Shown here piece after piece: positions 25,481 through 39,175 of a stretch of 64,000 nucleotides of DNA (position 1 is its first letter; each line of letters begins with the position of its first letter). The position numbers and the translations under genes are program-made. The notes under the pieces were generated by a model. That model was given only the letters and a program-made list of their open reading frames with translations, did no database searches and was not told the origin of the DNA. The stretch lies in assembly GCF_026571515.1 (NCBI RefSeq), contig NW_026852143.1:1-64000 (forward strand), written 5' to 3'. Source of the DNA: Ruditapes philippinarum (taxonomy: Eukaryota).

Positions 25481-28400
25481 CTGGTTTCCAATTATTATCA
25501 GGAAAGGGTCAGAGGCAGACCAAATATTCAAGATCCTTATATTCAAATACTTCAAGATAGATATAGATCACTAGGTAGTTCAGTTTGTGAGATTTGGCCT
25601 TTCAAACAGTAAAGTAAAAACAATTTTATAACTATATGTATTTACTAAGTAAACTTACTATGAGAAAGCTGTTATTCAACATAAGCGCATATCGATTCTC
25701 CTACTAACGATGACTCAAAATAATTGTTTATCCACTAAAGGTTCACGGTGTAAAACAAGCAATTACGCACAATAACTTTTTATAATAATGGAAAGATAAA
25801 TATGAAAATGGTAATGAGTCCTTTAAAATTGTGTGTAATTTCTGAGTTGATTTCATCTGTTTATTTAATTTCTCAGAAAACAACAGTTCGTTTTAACTGA
25901 ATTATTTGCTTTAGTATTTGCATTTAAGAATTCCTAATTCAACAAATTGAGATATTAAAACAGTCAATGTTCGAAATCGAAACGACACAAACAAGTTTTA
26001 AAAGACAAGGTTGCTTCAAAACAAATATACAAACCTGGTGAATTATACACATTTATATTTAGGTCACGTTTAACAATAAAGTCCACTTGTTATCTACGAT
26101 ACAATACGCAGAAATCAAAAATAATAAACTTCCTTCTTGTGGTGAATCTATAAATATTGTACAACTACAATAAAATCATATATAAAAAAAACTTTTTTGA
26201 CAGAGGTTTTCATTTCATACAATTGTTAACAAAATCCCTACATAAATCAGGAAGTAAAACTAACCGATTTTTTAAAACCGTTATTACGATAAACCACCTA
26301 ACGCAGATATCAATCCTTGTAACTTAATATTTTAACATTTTATCACAGTGTATTAGATACTAACCGCTTTGTTTATAGTTTAAAATAAACACAACGATAA
26401 TTATGTCTAGTGTATAGTTAAACAAATTTCTAACCACGTGCTTATTATAATATTGATATCAAAATTATAACAAAGAAACAAAATGAAAAAGAAACTAAAT
26501 TAAACAGAAACAAAATGAAACTACTGTAAGTTAAGTTTTAGGTGCATTTTGATTTTCCAAAGGCAACACCCTTTTTCAAGTGTACTAAGTACGACAATAT
26601 GCGAACTGGCAGAAATGTTTTATAATTATAGATGTAAGGAGCATCTGTTGGCCAACCAATAGCAAATCCGTATATGAATGATAATCCTAAAAATATAAAC
26701 TGGCATTTAAACCAAAAACACAATTATCTGTTCATATCCTTTAAGAAGGATATTTTAAACAATGCGACAAAGAAATTGGTTTCAAAATATGTTTGGTTTT
26801 CGTCTGATTTATTTTACAAGTGTTTAAAAACAATCATCCGTTATATTCTTTAAGAAGGATATTTTGAACAACGCGGCAAAGATATTGGTTACAAAAATAT
26901 GTTTGATTTTTGTCGAATTTATTAAACCAGTGTTTAAAGAAAATTAAATTAGGAACTTCTATACACAGTCATCTGCACATACATTCAAATACAAGGCCAA
27001 TAAAATACAATTAATGATCAAAAATGCTAACTGAACACTGGTAGATTTGGATATCACCGTATGAATGCTTTAGAACATGTACCATACTGTTGCACGAACA
27101 ACACAAAAACTGTCTTCTTCACACTTTACGAATGCGTCTTGCATGTCCGGGTTTTTTTTTCGGTACTGTTCAATTTTATAGATATGATTTCCGATCTTTA
27201 ATATTGACATGTATACAATGGAATGATTCACACGTGTCTGTAAGAAAGACAAGTTTAACTGGTTGTTTCTCATATGAATTATGAATGAGTTAGAATACTG
27301 AATGAAGGTATGTTTACATGACCCCCGAGAAGAATAAAAGGTTTATACTATGAACGAACATCATATAAAATAAAAATATTAATACCGATAATTAATACGG
27401 AGAGTCGTAAAATATCGCGCAACGAGTTAAGTTTGCATAAATGAAGTGACTAGTGCATAAATTTGATTATGTTAAAATATGAAGTTAATAATACAAGTTA
27501 ATTTATCAACTTTATGACAGGGCTGTCCTGTTCACTGATGTCGATGATCTATTTGCCATTTAAATAAGAAAAAGTCAAGCATGTACCCCGTCCATTTGTT
27601 TTCTGACTATGAAAACGATAAACATGTAATAATATGATCACCGATATTAATTTTTAAAATCAAATGACTGATTATTAATAAAGAAAACAATTTGTGTCAT
27701 CAACTTGCAGATCTCATGACTTGCGTATGTCGATCATGAGGGGTATGAAAAGATGCATAATCCCTCACACACGCTAGCGCCGGCTTGAACGGTACTCAAT
27801 TTTTAACCCTTAAAAGTGCTGGAATCAATGATCCCGAAGGACCAGAAATATATAACAACACTGAAGTACGGGGCAACTTTTTACAACTGTCACACAGCAC
27901 TTGACACCTGTTGTTGTGAAGTATAAACATCTCAAAAAAGTGATCCCTTGGTGAAATCGGCAAGTCAATTTGAAACCGGAAACGGAACTTGCTGATCTCA
28001 CGGTACTTGCAGATCTCATAGGACAGATAAAAAATTCTTCATAAAATATGGTTCCTTCACTTAAACTCCAAGCAATCCTATTGTCATTGAAACAAAGAGT
28101 AAAAGCCATTTGCATCGAAAAACATTATTTTAAGTTGTTTATACATGTAGTATATTTATACATGTAGTATATTTATACATGTAGTATATTCTAACACGTT
28201 TCATACTATTCCCTGTCAGACAGACAAGGCACTCAGGTACATTATTAAACGATATATGCAATATGCACAGTCATAAAAAAGAATGGTTACATACCAAATG
28301 ACATCAAGAAAAATACCTTTACGCTCAAACTGATAATCATTTTTTATCATTTTTCTTTTTTTTTTTTGTTTCTTTTTTTTTTTTGTTAGCATGTTAGAAT

Positions 28401-30168
28401 GAAAACAGAAACTATTTTTTATACTATTTTTTCATGCATAATATACCTTTTTTACAGAACGATTTATAAGCATTTCGCGCATATACATTTTGCGTTGTAC
28501 AAAACGGCAATCAAGAATAATAATAATTGTATTGAATTTTTTAAGTGACAAATATTGTACGTGGGACAATTTGCCTGATAAAAATGTGTGTTATTTCGCT
28601 ACCCATTAGGAAAATATTCTTATTTTCTCAAGATTTTGAAAAATTTCTTAAACATATGTATGTGACTGTTTGGGGTCACAGTCACATCGTAAAGAGGATA
28701 AAAACAGGCAAACTAAATACTATACAACATGTTCATGAACATGCATTATCATATGTTTTGACCTTTTCTTTACAGAATGAAAATTAATTTTGATTTCATA
28801 TGTTACATAGATCTCTTTAGTTTTTTTATATGAACAATTTCAAAAAGAATGAGGAAACTTTCTTTTGTCTGAATTATTAATATATTTCCACATTTTTTCA
28901 ACGATTTTTAAGTCCGACATGTTCGCAAAGGGAATTCTTAAAATCATTTTTCCATATCTTCTTTTTGTGGTCATCTTGGAAACAAAGCTATAAAGGCATC
29001 GTTTTCTGTTTTGCTGTATAATATATTTTTTTAAACTTTTTACCGTCAACTAACTCAGAATTGTCTATGAATTTCTACTACATTTCTATGTAAGGCGATT
29101 ATTTTTTACCTTATCCAGATTGCGCACGCATATGCGGTATATTTTTCATAGCAACTGACCGAGTGATAACGGTATAATAATGCAGTGTTTATCGTACAAA
29201 TGCTTTTAAATTAATCACCCAGACCTATCATATCCCGAACCGTGCATTATTCTAACAGTGCACCTACTTCCTTCAGAAATTGTAATGGCATTAATATGAT
29301 AGATGTTGTCACCATATCGCTTACGTAATACAGAAAATAATGTTGATGGCAGGATTTAAACGATCCATTGATGAATTTATACACATTTTATTACATGAAA
29401 TGGTATTCATTTGTTTGATTATAAATTTAATGCGACAAGGCATTTTTATATAACTAATATGATATTTTATACTAAGAAATAATGGTTTCAACATAAGGTT
29501 TATACACTCTTTTATATTTTCAAAGCCGACAAATAAGATAAAACAAAATACATATAATATAGACAATCTTTTACTTTATTTAGATATTCATGTTTTTATA
29601 AAATAGAAAAAAATATAACAACGATGAGCATGATGTAATAAGATTATGTAAGCAATACATCAACATATGTGACATTTGCATTTGAAACTTGTAAATTGAT
29701 CCATAAGTTGAAATGCAATTCCGCTAATAATACTCATATTTGTTTCACTTGTTATGTTATATGTAAAGGAAATTGAATGAAAAATTTTTTTACGAAATGC
29801 TTGATTGCACGCGTGGAGAAAATCTTCGCAAAAAGAGTGAGTTAATCACTTTAAAAACAAATAAGAACTACAAGCATGTTCTGTTCCGAATAATATACTA
29901 GTAGTAAGTTAATTGATAATAGGTCAACAAATCACGTGTTCATGGAAGAATACTGTATATATGTGCATTTATGTTCCAAATCTAAACACGTTTCTATCAA
30001 CCCTTCTGAAAAAAACAACACATGTTTACACCAATAACATTCCATGAAAAGTATGTATGAAAAGTTTTCACCATGAATACTTTTTATTGTAACGGGTTAT
30101 GATGCGTGTGCTAATCAGTGGATTTCAGGTTTGGACTTTCCAGGTTTGTTGTATGCGCATTTCTAGAA

Positions 30169-31651
30169 CTAAATTCCCGTGCTGAGCAATTGTTCTATTA
30201 ATTCGTCATCTGTGTCGTCATCACCGGCAGCTTTTGGGGAAGCAGATTCAACATCATTTATCAAATCAATAATGTTTGGAAGTTCTGCCGTCCAACTGTT
30301 TTCCTGAGCAAACATAAAAGCTATCTTTCCATGCATTAAAGACGATTCAAATAATTGTCCTTGTCTATAGTATTCTGCTTTTGCAATGTGATATAACATT
30401 TTTCGTCTACTTTCCATTCTTTTCCAAATATCTGGCTTTTCAATGAAATCCAAACAGTTCTTTGCAGATTTTCTGTCGTCCTCAGAAACAGAAATTTCTT
30501 GGATCTTTTTTCCAAACAGATTCAAGCCTAGATAACAATACGCCTTTTTGAGCATAAGCATTCTAGAATAGTCACTTCTTACATCATCTATTTCTTTTTC
30601 GAAATGTGCCATAGCGTGTTCAATGGTTTCCAGAAGTTCCTTTTTCATTTCTGCAGAGGGATTTAGTTCAAATTTCTGAGACAGCAGATTGGCGTTGATG
30701 TAAAATACCATACCTGTGTCCTTACAAGGGGATATTTGTATGCTGTGTTGTTTTGCGAATTGCAAGTAAGCTAAGCCATTGTCGAGAGTCGTTTTCATAG
30801 ATAGTGCAGATCCACGCCTACATTACAATGGAAGAAAAATGATTTTATGTTTAATCTGCTGTAAAATGCATTGGCTTAAAATTACGACATGGCGTTTATC
30901 AAAAATAATATAAAAAAAACGTACCGATTATATCAAATCGAAAACAAGAAAATTTATGTGATAAAGTGTATTCCTTTAACTATTAATATTTATGGATATT
31001 AAATGGTAATGCTAATATTTTTTTGTTTTTTTTTCTCAATTACAATTTTACGTGTATATGTGTTTTGATTTTCATAAATCCTAACAATGTTCTTTTACGT
31101 GTCAACGAAAACTTAATATCAATACATGTAATCATCAGGCACTGAATTACAAACCTTGCAAGATATGTCATGCTGCTACTGGTTGGATTTGACGTGAATT
31201 TGATAATTTTTTCCATTTCACCGAACATGTCACTGTCAGTCAAATTTGTATCATACTTCAGTCTTCTAGCTTCTATCTGTGCATCAAGAACTGTAAACCT
31301 TATATCATTAACCCCCATGTAGCTCGGAACACACATGCCAAGTTTGGGTTTTTTCGCCTTATATCTATCATTAATTCGGGTGACAATTGCATTGAATTTG
31401 TCCATGCTGCCTTCGTGTGATAATCGTTTCAGTTGATGTGCCAGTATGGTTATTTTTCTACGACACGTGACATTCATGTCTATCTTTCCAACAGAAGTAT
31501 ATATTTTATCACATTTTGCTTCCTTGTTCACAGAAGATTCACTTTCTTCTTTGGTTTGTTCCGTTTTAGTGTCGTCTAAATGTTTAGCATCTGATGAGAA
31601 ATCCTTATCTAGCCTTTCACTATTCCCTTGGTTATTTTCGCAATTTTCCAT
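30169..31651 (-). CDS. Uncharacterised helical-repeat (TPR-like) protein, ~381 aa, CARD-less paralog of the adjacent gene. Exons 31651-31155 and 30817-30169
   Basis: Two long ORFs joined by a phase-2 GT-AG intron (YLAR|RGSALSMK). Homologous to 35443-33429 (LAHQLKRLSHEG, FTSNP.SSMTYLAR, PCKDTGMVFYI, MESRRKMLY) with the intron at the same position. Confidence 0.85.
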
Positions 31652-32074
31652 TGTGTGTTAGTCTGAGACAGGTTTTTTAAGAAAATGATTTACAATTAAT
31701 ACATTTTTGTAAACATATAATCTAAATGCCCTGAACAAAAATGCTAATAATTAATTTTCAAGTATCTATTATTCGGATATTTCATTTGTTAACTTCCTTA
31801 TGATTGATTTTTTAAACTTACCTTCAAATTGTATAGTTAACCCCGACATTGAAAAAAGTTGTTTGGGGGGTTGTGTGTGCAAAACCAGTGACATTTAATG
31901 ATATAACGTGAGATAAGCTAGTAAATATATAACAGCAGCGTAAAATCACATGTTCTCTGCCAACAATTATTGATTAAATAGCTTTCCAGTGTCAAATTAC
32001 AGGAAGAATTAAAAATGACATATGAAATAATGATATTTATAAACAACATGTTCAATATAATTTTACATTTACAT

Positions 32075-32430
32075 TTAAAGCTGCACGCCTCCAGATGAGT
32101 AAAAAAAAGTTCAAGATAATCAAAAATGAGAAAAATGTACTAAAATCTTGAGCAAGGTAAAACATTCAAGATACAAGTTATATTTTACATGTTAAGAGCG
32201 GTTTAAGACTGATTTTGCAGTATTCTATCAACATATTTCTACTGCGTTACTAACGCAGTAGGGGCTGTTTTTTTTACATATGTTGACCATATGTGTAATT
32301 TACGTGGATTTAAAATGCTGTTTGCAATGTGTAAATTACTTTCTTTGTTCACTTCACAATATTTTACTTTTAAATACATTTTTAAAAATTTCTTGAAAAT
32401 TAACATAAATCTGGAGGCGTGCTGCTTTAA
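32075..32430. mobile_element. Non-autonomous Kolobok-like DNA transposon (TTAA target duplication, AG...CT termini)
   Basis: TTAA|AGCTGCACGCCTCCAGAT ... ATCTGGAGGCGTGCTGCT|TTAA. Sister copies at 42991-43341 and 55397-55695. Confidence 0.8.
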
Positions 32431-32495
32431 ATATCTTCGCATGATAAGTAATGTGTTTAAAGACCTCGGCTATGCGAGTTCGAGTAACAGTTGAA

Positions 32496-32638
32496 NNNNN
32501 NNNNNNNNNNNNNNNNNNNNNNNNNNNNNNNNNNNNNNNNNNNNNNNNNNNNNNNNNNNNNNNNNNNNNNNNNNNNNNNNNNNNNNNNNNNNNNNNNNNN
32601 NNNNNNNNNNNNNNNNNNNNNNNNNNNNNNNNNNNNNN
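32496..32638. other. Assembly gap (143 N)
   Basis: Run of N. Confidence 1.
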
Positions 32639-33428
32639 GGTGGTTTTGTAGTTTGTGTACGTCGGAAACATTTATAGTAACTTGCGACAAAAGATGGTTA
32701 ACATTTGTTCTGACTTTCAGGTAATAAAATTAATGAATTGAATAATATACAAAAATATTGTTATAAACAACCCAAAATGTTTGTCAAGTAGAAAACATTT
32801 ATGGTCATCATTGATGCGGGCAAAGAAGGTGATAGCTTGTTTCTTGTTGCAAGGCATGCTATGACAGTCATACATAGTTTATTTCACAAAATATCGTTAC
32901 AGCTACGTTTGTGCATGAGTTTGTTTAATGATGACTTTAACAGGAACTGCAAACAATATCTGAGGAGAAAGCTTAGCATGAATTCTGTCTAAAAATTTGT
33001 GTAAATGTAAGGGAAAAAAACACTATAGTTGAACAATACATAGATACAGAGGAATAACATTCGTCCTAAGTAACTACATGTAAGTATTTAGATATTTGCA
33101 CTCATTATATCGAAATATAACAAAACATTGTAATCTTTAATCTTATCAAATCATTTTAAAAAAATATAATTTATTTTTTGTGACAGAATGGAATTTAGTG
33201 CCAAAAAACATTATGAAAGCAGGAACTTTAATAACGTGTAAGATAATCGTTTCTCGTTCGTGAATAAAGCTGTTATATTTTTTTCTTGCGTCTATACCAT
33301 TCATAAAATATTACAAATTTTGGTTTAGATCCTACACAATCAAACATCTATTTATCACATGAAACTTTACAATGCCAAATGTCAATCAATCATGCTGTCT
33401 TGAGCAAGTATGTTGTATTGCACTATTA

Positions 33429-35443
33429 TCAATTATCAATTTTCTCTTTTGTAGTTAAAATAGACATCTTAAGACTCTCTGTGCTTCCGTTCATGTCCAA
33501 ACCTTCCTTAAGTAACATTAAGTTATGACTGGGTTCTGCCGATGCTTCAGAATTGACATCTTTTAATTCCATTAGATAATGATCATCAAGAGATTGCTGT
33601 TCTGAGATAATACTGTTACGATGAGAAAAGTTCACCATTTGTTTATCATCCGTTTCTTGTACTTCTTGTAAAGATATGACTTTATGATTCATTTTATGAT
33701 TCGAATCGTCTTTACACTTGCAAGTTTGAGATACATCCTGATGTATCATTACTTCTTTCAAATCAAACATATGTGGCTCTACCTTGTTCATTTCTTTAGT
33801 CGTAGTTTCTAAAGGTGTGTTGTCATCACCAGCTGATTTACTACATATTTCATAATTGTCTAATGCCGATTCTTCTTCAAGGTCAGGCATATCTCCAAAC
33901 AGTTCAGCAAGAATGTCATCTTCAGATATGTCTGAATTTGTACATGCAGAACGACCTACTCTTTCCAATTCATCTACCATTTGTGTTATGTTGACGACTT
34001 CTGCCGACCAATGGTTTTCGTGACCAAGTTTTCGGGCCTCTTTGGCATGAACCATAGCTAAATCTAAATTGCCTTGTTGTTTGTAAAATTCAGACTTAGC
34101 AACGTAAAATAACATTTTTCGTCTTTTCTCCATTCCTCGCCATATGTTTGATGTTTCAACAAAATCTATAATCTTTTTAGCTTCTTCGATATCAGCCTTT
34201 GAAGTTTTTGATTTTTCTATTTTCTTGCAAAAAAGGCCGACTCCTAGGTAACAAAATATCATCTTGATCAGTAACATCCTCTGATAATCATTTTTAACTT
34301 CTTCATTTTCATCAATAAATTGGGCTATACCTTGTTCTGAAGTTTTTAATATATTTGTTTTTAGGTGATCTGAAGGATCCGCTTCGTATTTTTGAGATAA
34401 TAAGTTAACTTCAATGTAGTAAACCATTCCCGATTCTTTGCAAGGCGAAACATGTTCCGCATGCTCTTTCGCAAATTGAACATATGCCAGTCCGTCATCT
34501 ACTGAATCCTTCATGGCAATTGCTGAACCATACCTTTAATTGATAATAATACATAATTCTGAATGAAAAATATGGTTAATGTGTCAATTGAATAAATATG
34601 TGTTAAAATTTTCAAATAAATATATGTATGTCCGTAATGATACATTAAGAAAGTGTTGCGAAATGGCTTAAGTATTTTGGGGTTATAGAAAGAATGTGCA
34701 TGAAGTAAGTAATAAATATAACTCCTGTGTTAATCTGACGAAAATCAGAAACAAACAAACCTGGCCAAATATGACATGCTGCTGACTCTTGGGTTACTTG
34801 TGAATGGTATGACAGACTCCATGTGTCTGAACATGTCACCCCCGCTCACGGTTTTATCGTATTGTACTCTCTTTGCACTTATTCCAGCTTCTAAAGAGGC
34901 GAATCTCATATCCGCAAGTTGCATTCTGTCGGTTACATTTTTAAACATGTTCAGTTTGTTTTCCTTAAACTTCGTATCTATCGCTGTTACCAATTTCTGA
35001 AATTTGCCAATGTCGCCGTCGTGAGAAAGTCGTTTTAGTTTATGTGAAAGTGCGGAAATGGCTCTTCTTCTTTTTGTAAATACGTTGATTTTTCTTACAG
35101 GTTCATATATAACTTCATTCTTAGATTCCTGTCTATAAACAGATTTGTTTCTTGTTTCAGCAAATGTTTGTTCTAGTTGATCAGCTAGAAATGAGTATAC
35201 ATCATTGTATCTTAAGGCTTGCAAGAAACCATCGAATGTACAGTTACTTCCTGGTCGCATTATGGTCCGTAACAGTTTTCTACACTTAGTGGCACGTGCT
35301 TCATTCAGCTGTTCAAACTCTTCATATTCTTCAAATGTTATCATTTTGTTTTGAAACAGATGAGGCAAAATCTCTTTTACGTCTAAATCTTCAACGACTG
35401 TCAAATGTAACCTCTGTAGCACTTCCTTTTCCTCGGCGTTCAT
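33429..35443 (-). CDS. CARD (death-fold) plus helical-repeat protein, ~595 aa. Exons 35443-34761 and 34533-33429
   Basis: The N-terminal ~90 aa (EVLQRLHLTVVEDLDVKEILPHLFQNKMITFEEYEEF...KCRKLLRTI...FDGFLQALR...YSFLADQLE) fits the CARD six-helix pattern. Phase-2 intron (YLAR|YGSAIAMK), TPR-like helices and an acidic disordered tail. Confidence 0.87.
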
Positions 35444-36429
35444 TTTAACACTGACTATCTCAACCTAGAATGTAACCTTCAATATTCCAATGCAGAGTTA
35501 TTTTTTAAGTGAACCCTTATAATGGTATAAAGAACACAAGCAAACTGTCTGATAGTTTTCCCGCTCATACATTTATAAGGTTTTAAAAACATGTTTAAAT
35601 GAAGACAAATATTAAATAACTTAGATTCCTTTCATATGCAACGGCTGCATTACACTGTTTAAAATCGGAAATGGGAGTCGACGATATGTTTTGCCTGTTT
35701 GGCTGTAAGCCAAATCTGAAAAAATAAAGACAAATGGTTATAAATAATATTGGATTACAAAACATTGTATGTACATGTGCATATATTTGTAAACATTAAG
35801 TAGCCTTTAAAAATGTGTTTACTGCATGACCGGTTTCAATTATCAAAAGAAAGAAAAGCTATACACATTAATTATGAAAGTAATCTTTTACAGTTTATCA
35901 TTAATTACTAAATTGATGAAGGATGTATTCATTATAATAAATGTTCTTACACTGATTTGAGTCAGATTTCTTGGTCTGTCGATCTCCACCAGTCCTTCAT
36001 TTTACTGCAGAAATGTTCTTTTTTTCATCGATGCAATTTCCAAAATTTCGAGGGTTTTCCTGTTTTTCTAAAAATATCGTTGATTTTCCTGGAACGTTAG
36101 ATTTCCCATTATCTATTTCAATTTACGTTATTACACACATATATTTACTATCTCTGTAACGAATACACTGTAATCAACAAAAAAGCGTCTGCTCTCAGTT
36201 TATAATACATTTATGTACGCGAGACAATTAAGCAAGATAAATATCGAATAAAATGTTTATATTTTGTTTGTTTTGATTATATCAGTGAATACATCTCGAT
36301 TGTGGGAATTATTGTATGAATAATACATCCTTTCCTTCTTATGATAAGGTTACTCATGATAAGCAAATCATACAGGACATAATTTATTACGCTCCTATAT
36401 CCTAGAATATATGGAAAAATAGATTGATG

Positions 36430-36600
36430 TATGGTGGCTTATTTGGAGCACTTTTGTTGTCGGACTTTTGTCTTGTCGTCCTGTCGCTAACGATGCATGC
36501 CAAACGGCGCGTTGTCACGCGGCGTGTTGTCGCGATGTCACATATATTGTTGTCGCTATCGACAACAGAACGCGCAAAGTGTACAAAATTAGCCACAATA
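36430..36600. repeat. TGTCG-rich dispersed repeat/MITE fragment; inverted sister copy at ~56575-56850
   Basis: TTGTCGTCCTGTCGCTAACGATGC matches the reverse complement of GCATCGTTAGCGACAGGACGACAA at 56766. Confidence 0.6.
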
Positions 36601-36779
36601 ATTTTACCTTTTCTTGTTGTTGTTGTTGTTGTTAATCTTCACCGCCTATATAGGCGAATCTCTGTGTAACTAATAATCCCTACCTATGTACAGCTGCAGT
36701 TATATTCACAGTCACTCCAACACAGTAGATATATCATATAGAATCTACAATCTATGTACACTGATACTGTAATAATATA

Positions 36780-38800
36780 CTCATGTATGTTGCACCACCG
36801 TGTTGATTACCTCGCCACTGCTCATTGTCCTCTTAGGCTTGAGCAACAGTAACGACTTGTATCTTGCTGAATGAAAAGGTAGTTAAGACGTCGGCAATGA
36901 TATTCAAGTTTACGTAGATTTTTTGGATATTTGTGCAGTGTAGAATAATTCCAATTTGAAGAAAGGTCATTAAAGTTTTCTCCAGTTAATATTGTGTACT
37001 CTTCACACAGTAATAATTTACGCTAGGGTTCAAGGATTTCACAGTTAAATAAGAAGTGTTCGATATCTTCTGATTCTCTATTGCATAGCTGACACATTGG
37101 GTTCACTGTATTTTTATTAAATACGTTTTATAAATTTGTAGTATATATTTTGATGTAAGTAGCTTTAACTTGATAGGAAGTCTATTTATTTCACGAACAG
37201 AGCGAGTTCCCATTTGTTGCAATATTCGGATGGACTTTTCCAGGAGTGTATTCTATATTCATGAATTGCAATGTTTTATGCAATTTTGCTATACCAATTA
37301 CTTTCACTATAAACTGGGAAGAGACAGTTTTGAATACTGTTTTTTTTTCCATACGCTTTGTTTTAGAGGATGACCAAGGTTGTGGTTACTGTCACCAAGT
37401 TCGTATTTCCAAAATAGCTTCTTAATTAACTTCAATGAACCAAATGGAACTATTCATACTTTTAACTATTAATTGTCTTCTAGCAAGTTTTTTCTCGATA
37501 CTGTTTTCATTCTGATGACATATATTATTGAAGAAGTTCAAGATTTTTATGCGTAATTGTTCCTCGACTGGTAGAAAGCCTCAGAGTAAATATGGAGCAG
37601 GATCTGCAACAGTTTGCGGAGCGATAATATTTGTTTAAATAGTTTCTTTTGAAAAAGTTCCATTCCAATTGTAATATATACTTTTGTGGTGGGATTATAA
37701 CCTCTAATCCATATACATGTAATAAGACTGGAGATACATAAGTTCTTATCAGATGTAACGATGTTTCAGGATCAAGACGATTTTCAACATGTAATCCAGC
37801 AGAAAGTAGATTCTTGCTTTTTTGAGATTCTCATTGACATTAAGTGTGATTGTTTCTTTTGTCGATGTGGCTCGTTGAATTCAAAGATGTGTTGCTTTAT
37901 TTTCAATTGGCATTACCATTTCACCCATACGAAAAGAAATTGTGTTTTTGTGTTTGCCTATTTCTAAAATAGCACTCTTTGCAGGTTGTGCATCTTCAGG
38001 AATTGCACTATCAAATGTAACGTCATCAGCACAGGCAGTAGCGGGACATGCTACGTACCATAGAGAATCAATATATATATATCTTATATAAATCGGCACT
38101 TAACACATCGCCTTGCTTAATACCTTGTTGTATAGAAAATGTGTCAAATATGTAGTTATTCCATTTGATGGATGCTGTAGCGTTTGAGTGTAAACTATTT
38201 ATTAGAGACCATTATATTGTTCATCCTTAATGCCAATATGATACAATCTTCTTATTGAATGTTCATGATTCACAACTTGATTATGCACATAGGGGTTTTA
38301 GTGTCTTTAGCTTGACTGTAACATTCTTCAAGTACTAAGGCTGCATTTAGTGGAGATGCTCCGGCAGTGAACCCTCTTTGTAAAACACTTTGATTGTCAT
38401 CTATAATTGCTTGTATTCTAGATTTGAGTATAGATTCAATCAGTTTACATATTACTGGCAGTACGGTGATCCCTCTGTATTGCTTTGAGTCATTTTTTAA
38501 CCTTTATTCTTAAAAATAGGTGTTAATATCCCGATTTTCAGTGTATCTGGAACCTTCCCTTTTTGAAAGATTGAGTTTATTTCAATACTATATAGAAGAT
38601 TAAGCATATTTTCACTACTAGCATTGTCTATATGTTCAATAGTTATATCATAGATATCAGCTGATTTACCTTTGTTTATAGAGTTCGCTGCTTTCAAAAG
38701 TTCATCTTTTGATACCGGTTGAATTTTATGACCAGGATATATATATATATATAGGATTGTATATATTCATTTTCAGTTTTAAATATTTCAGATTTTACTA
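36780..38800 (-). mobile_element. Degraded non-LTR retrotransposon (LINE) ORF2
   Basis: Minus-strand fragments in the expected order: GKVPDTLKIGILTPIFKNKG, YRGITVLPVICKLIESIL, QRGFTAGASP (RT), ACADDV (YADD-like), and C-terminal PMCQLCNRESEDIEHFLFNC. Many stops and frameshifts; boundaries approximate. Confidence 0.8.
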
Positions 38801-39090
38801 TTTCATGAAAATCGTTAAAAAAAACTGATTATCACAACCAGATGAAACCATCAATAATATCTACTCGTCGCCATAAAAAAAGTCATTACCAACATGTAGG
38901 TCAAGAATGAATGTTATTATCATTTTTCTCTGTTTAAGTATTAGTTTATGAAATAATTTTGTATCATGCACTGAAAATTCATGAAATTGGTTTGTAAATT
39001 TATTTTATTTTATTCAAGTTTATACTATTTAGTGGTATTCAACCTTTCTGTGCTCATTTGTTATGACGTGCGGATTTTTCTAGTGCTAAC

Positions 39091-39104
39091 TTCGCGCGGG
39101 AAAA
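39091..39104 (+). promoter_or_regulatory. E2F-type site in the NEIL3 promoter
   Basis: TTCGCGCGGGAAAA (reverse complement contains TTTCCCGC) 72-85 bp upstream of the ATG. A CRE-like TGACGT lies at 39064. Confidence 0.5.
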
Positions 39105-39175
39105 TAATTATGTAAACAGGCAAAGAAAGCTGCAAATAAACTGCTCATATAGGTCTGATACACAAGTAGTAAATT

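Noticed and set aside
32354-32724. ORFs spanning the N gap
   Set aside because: Artefacts of undefined bases.
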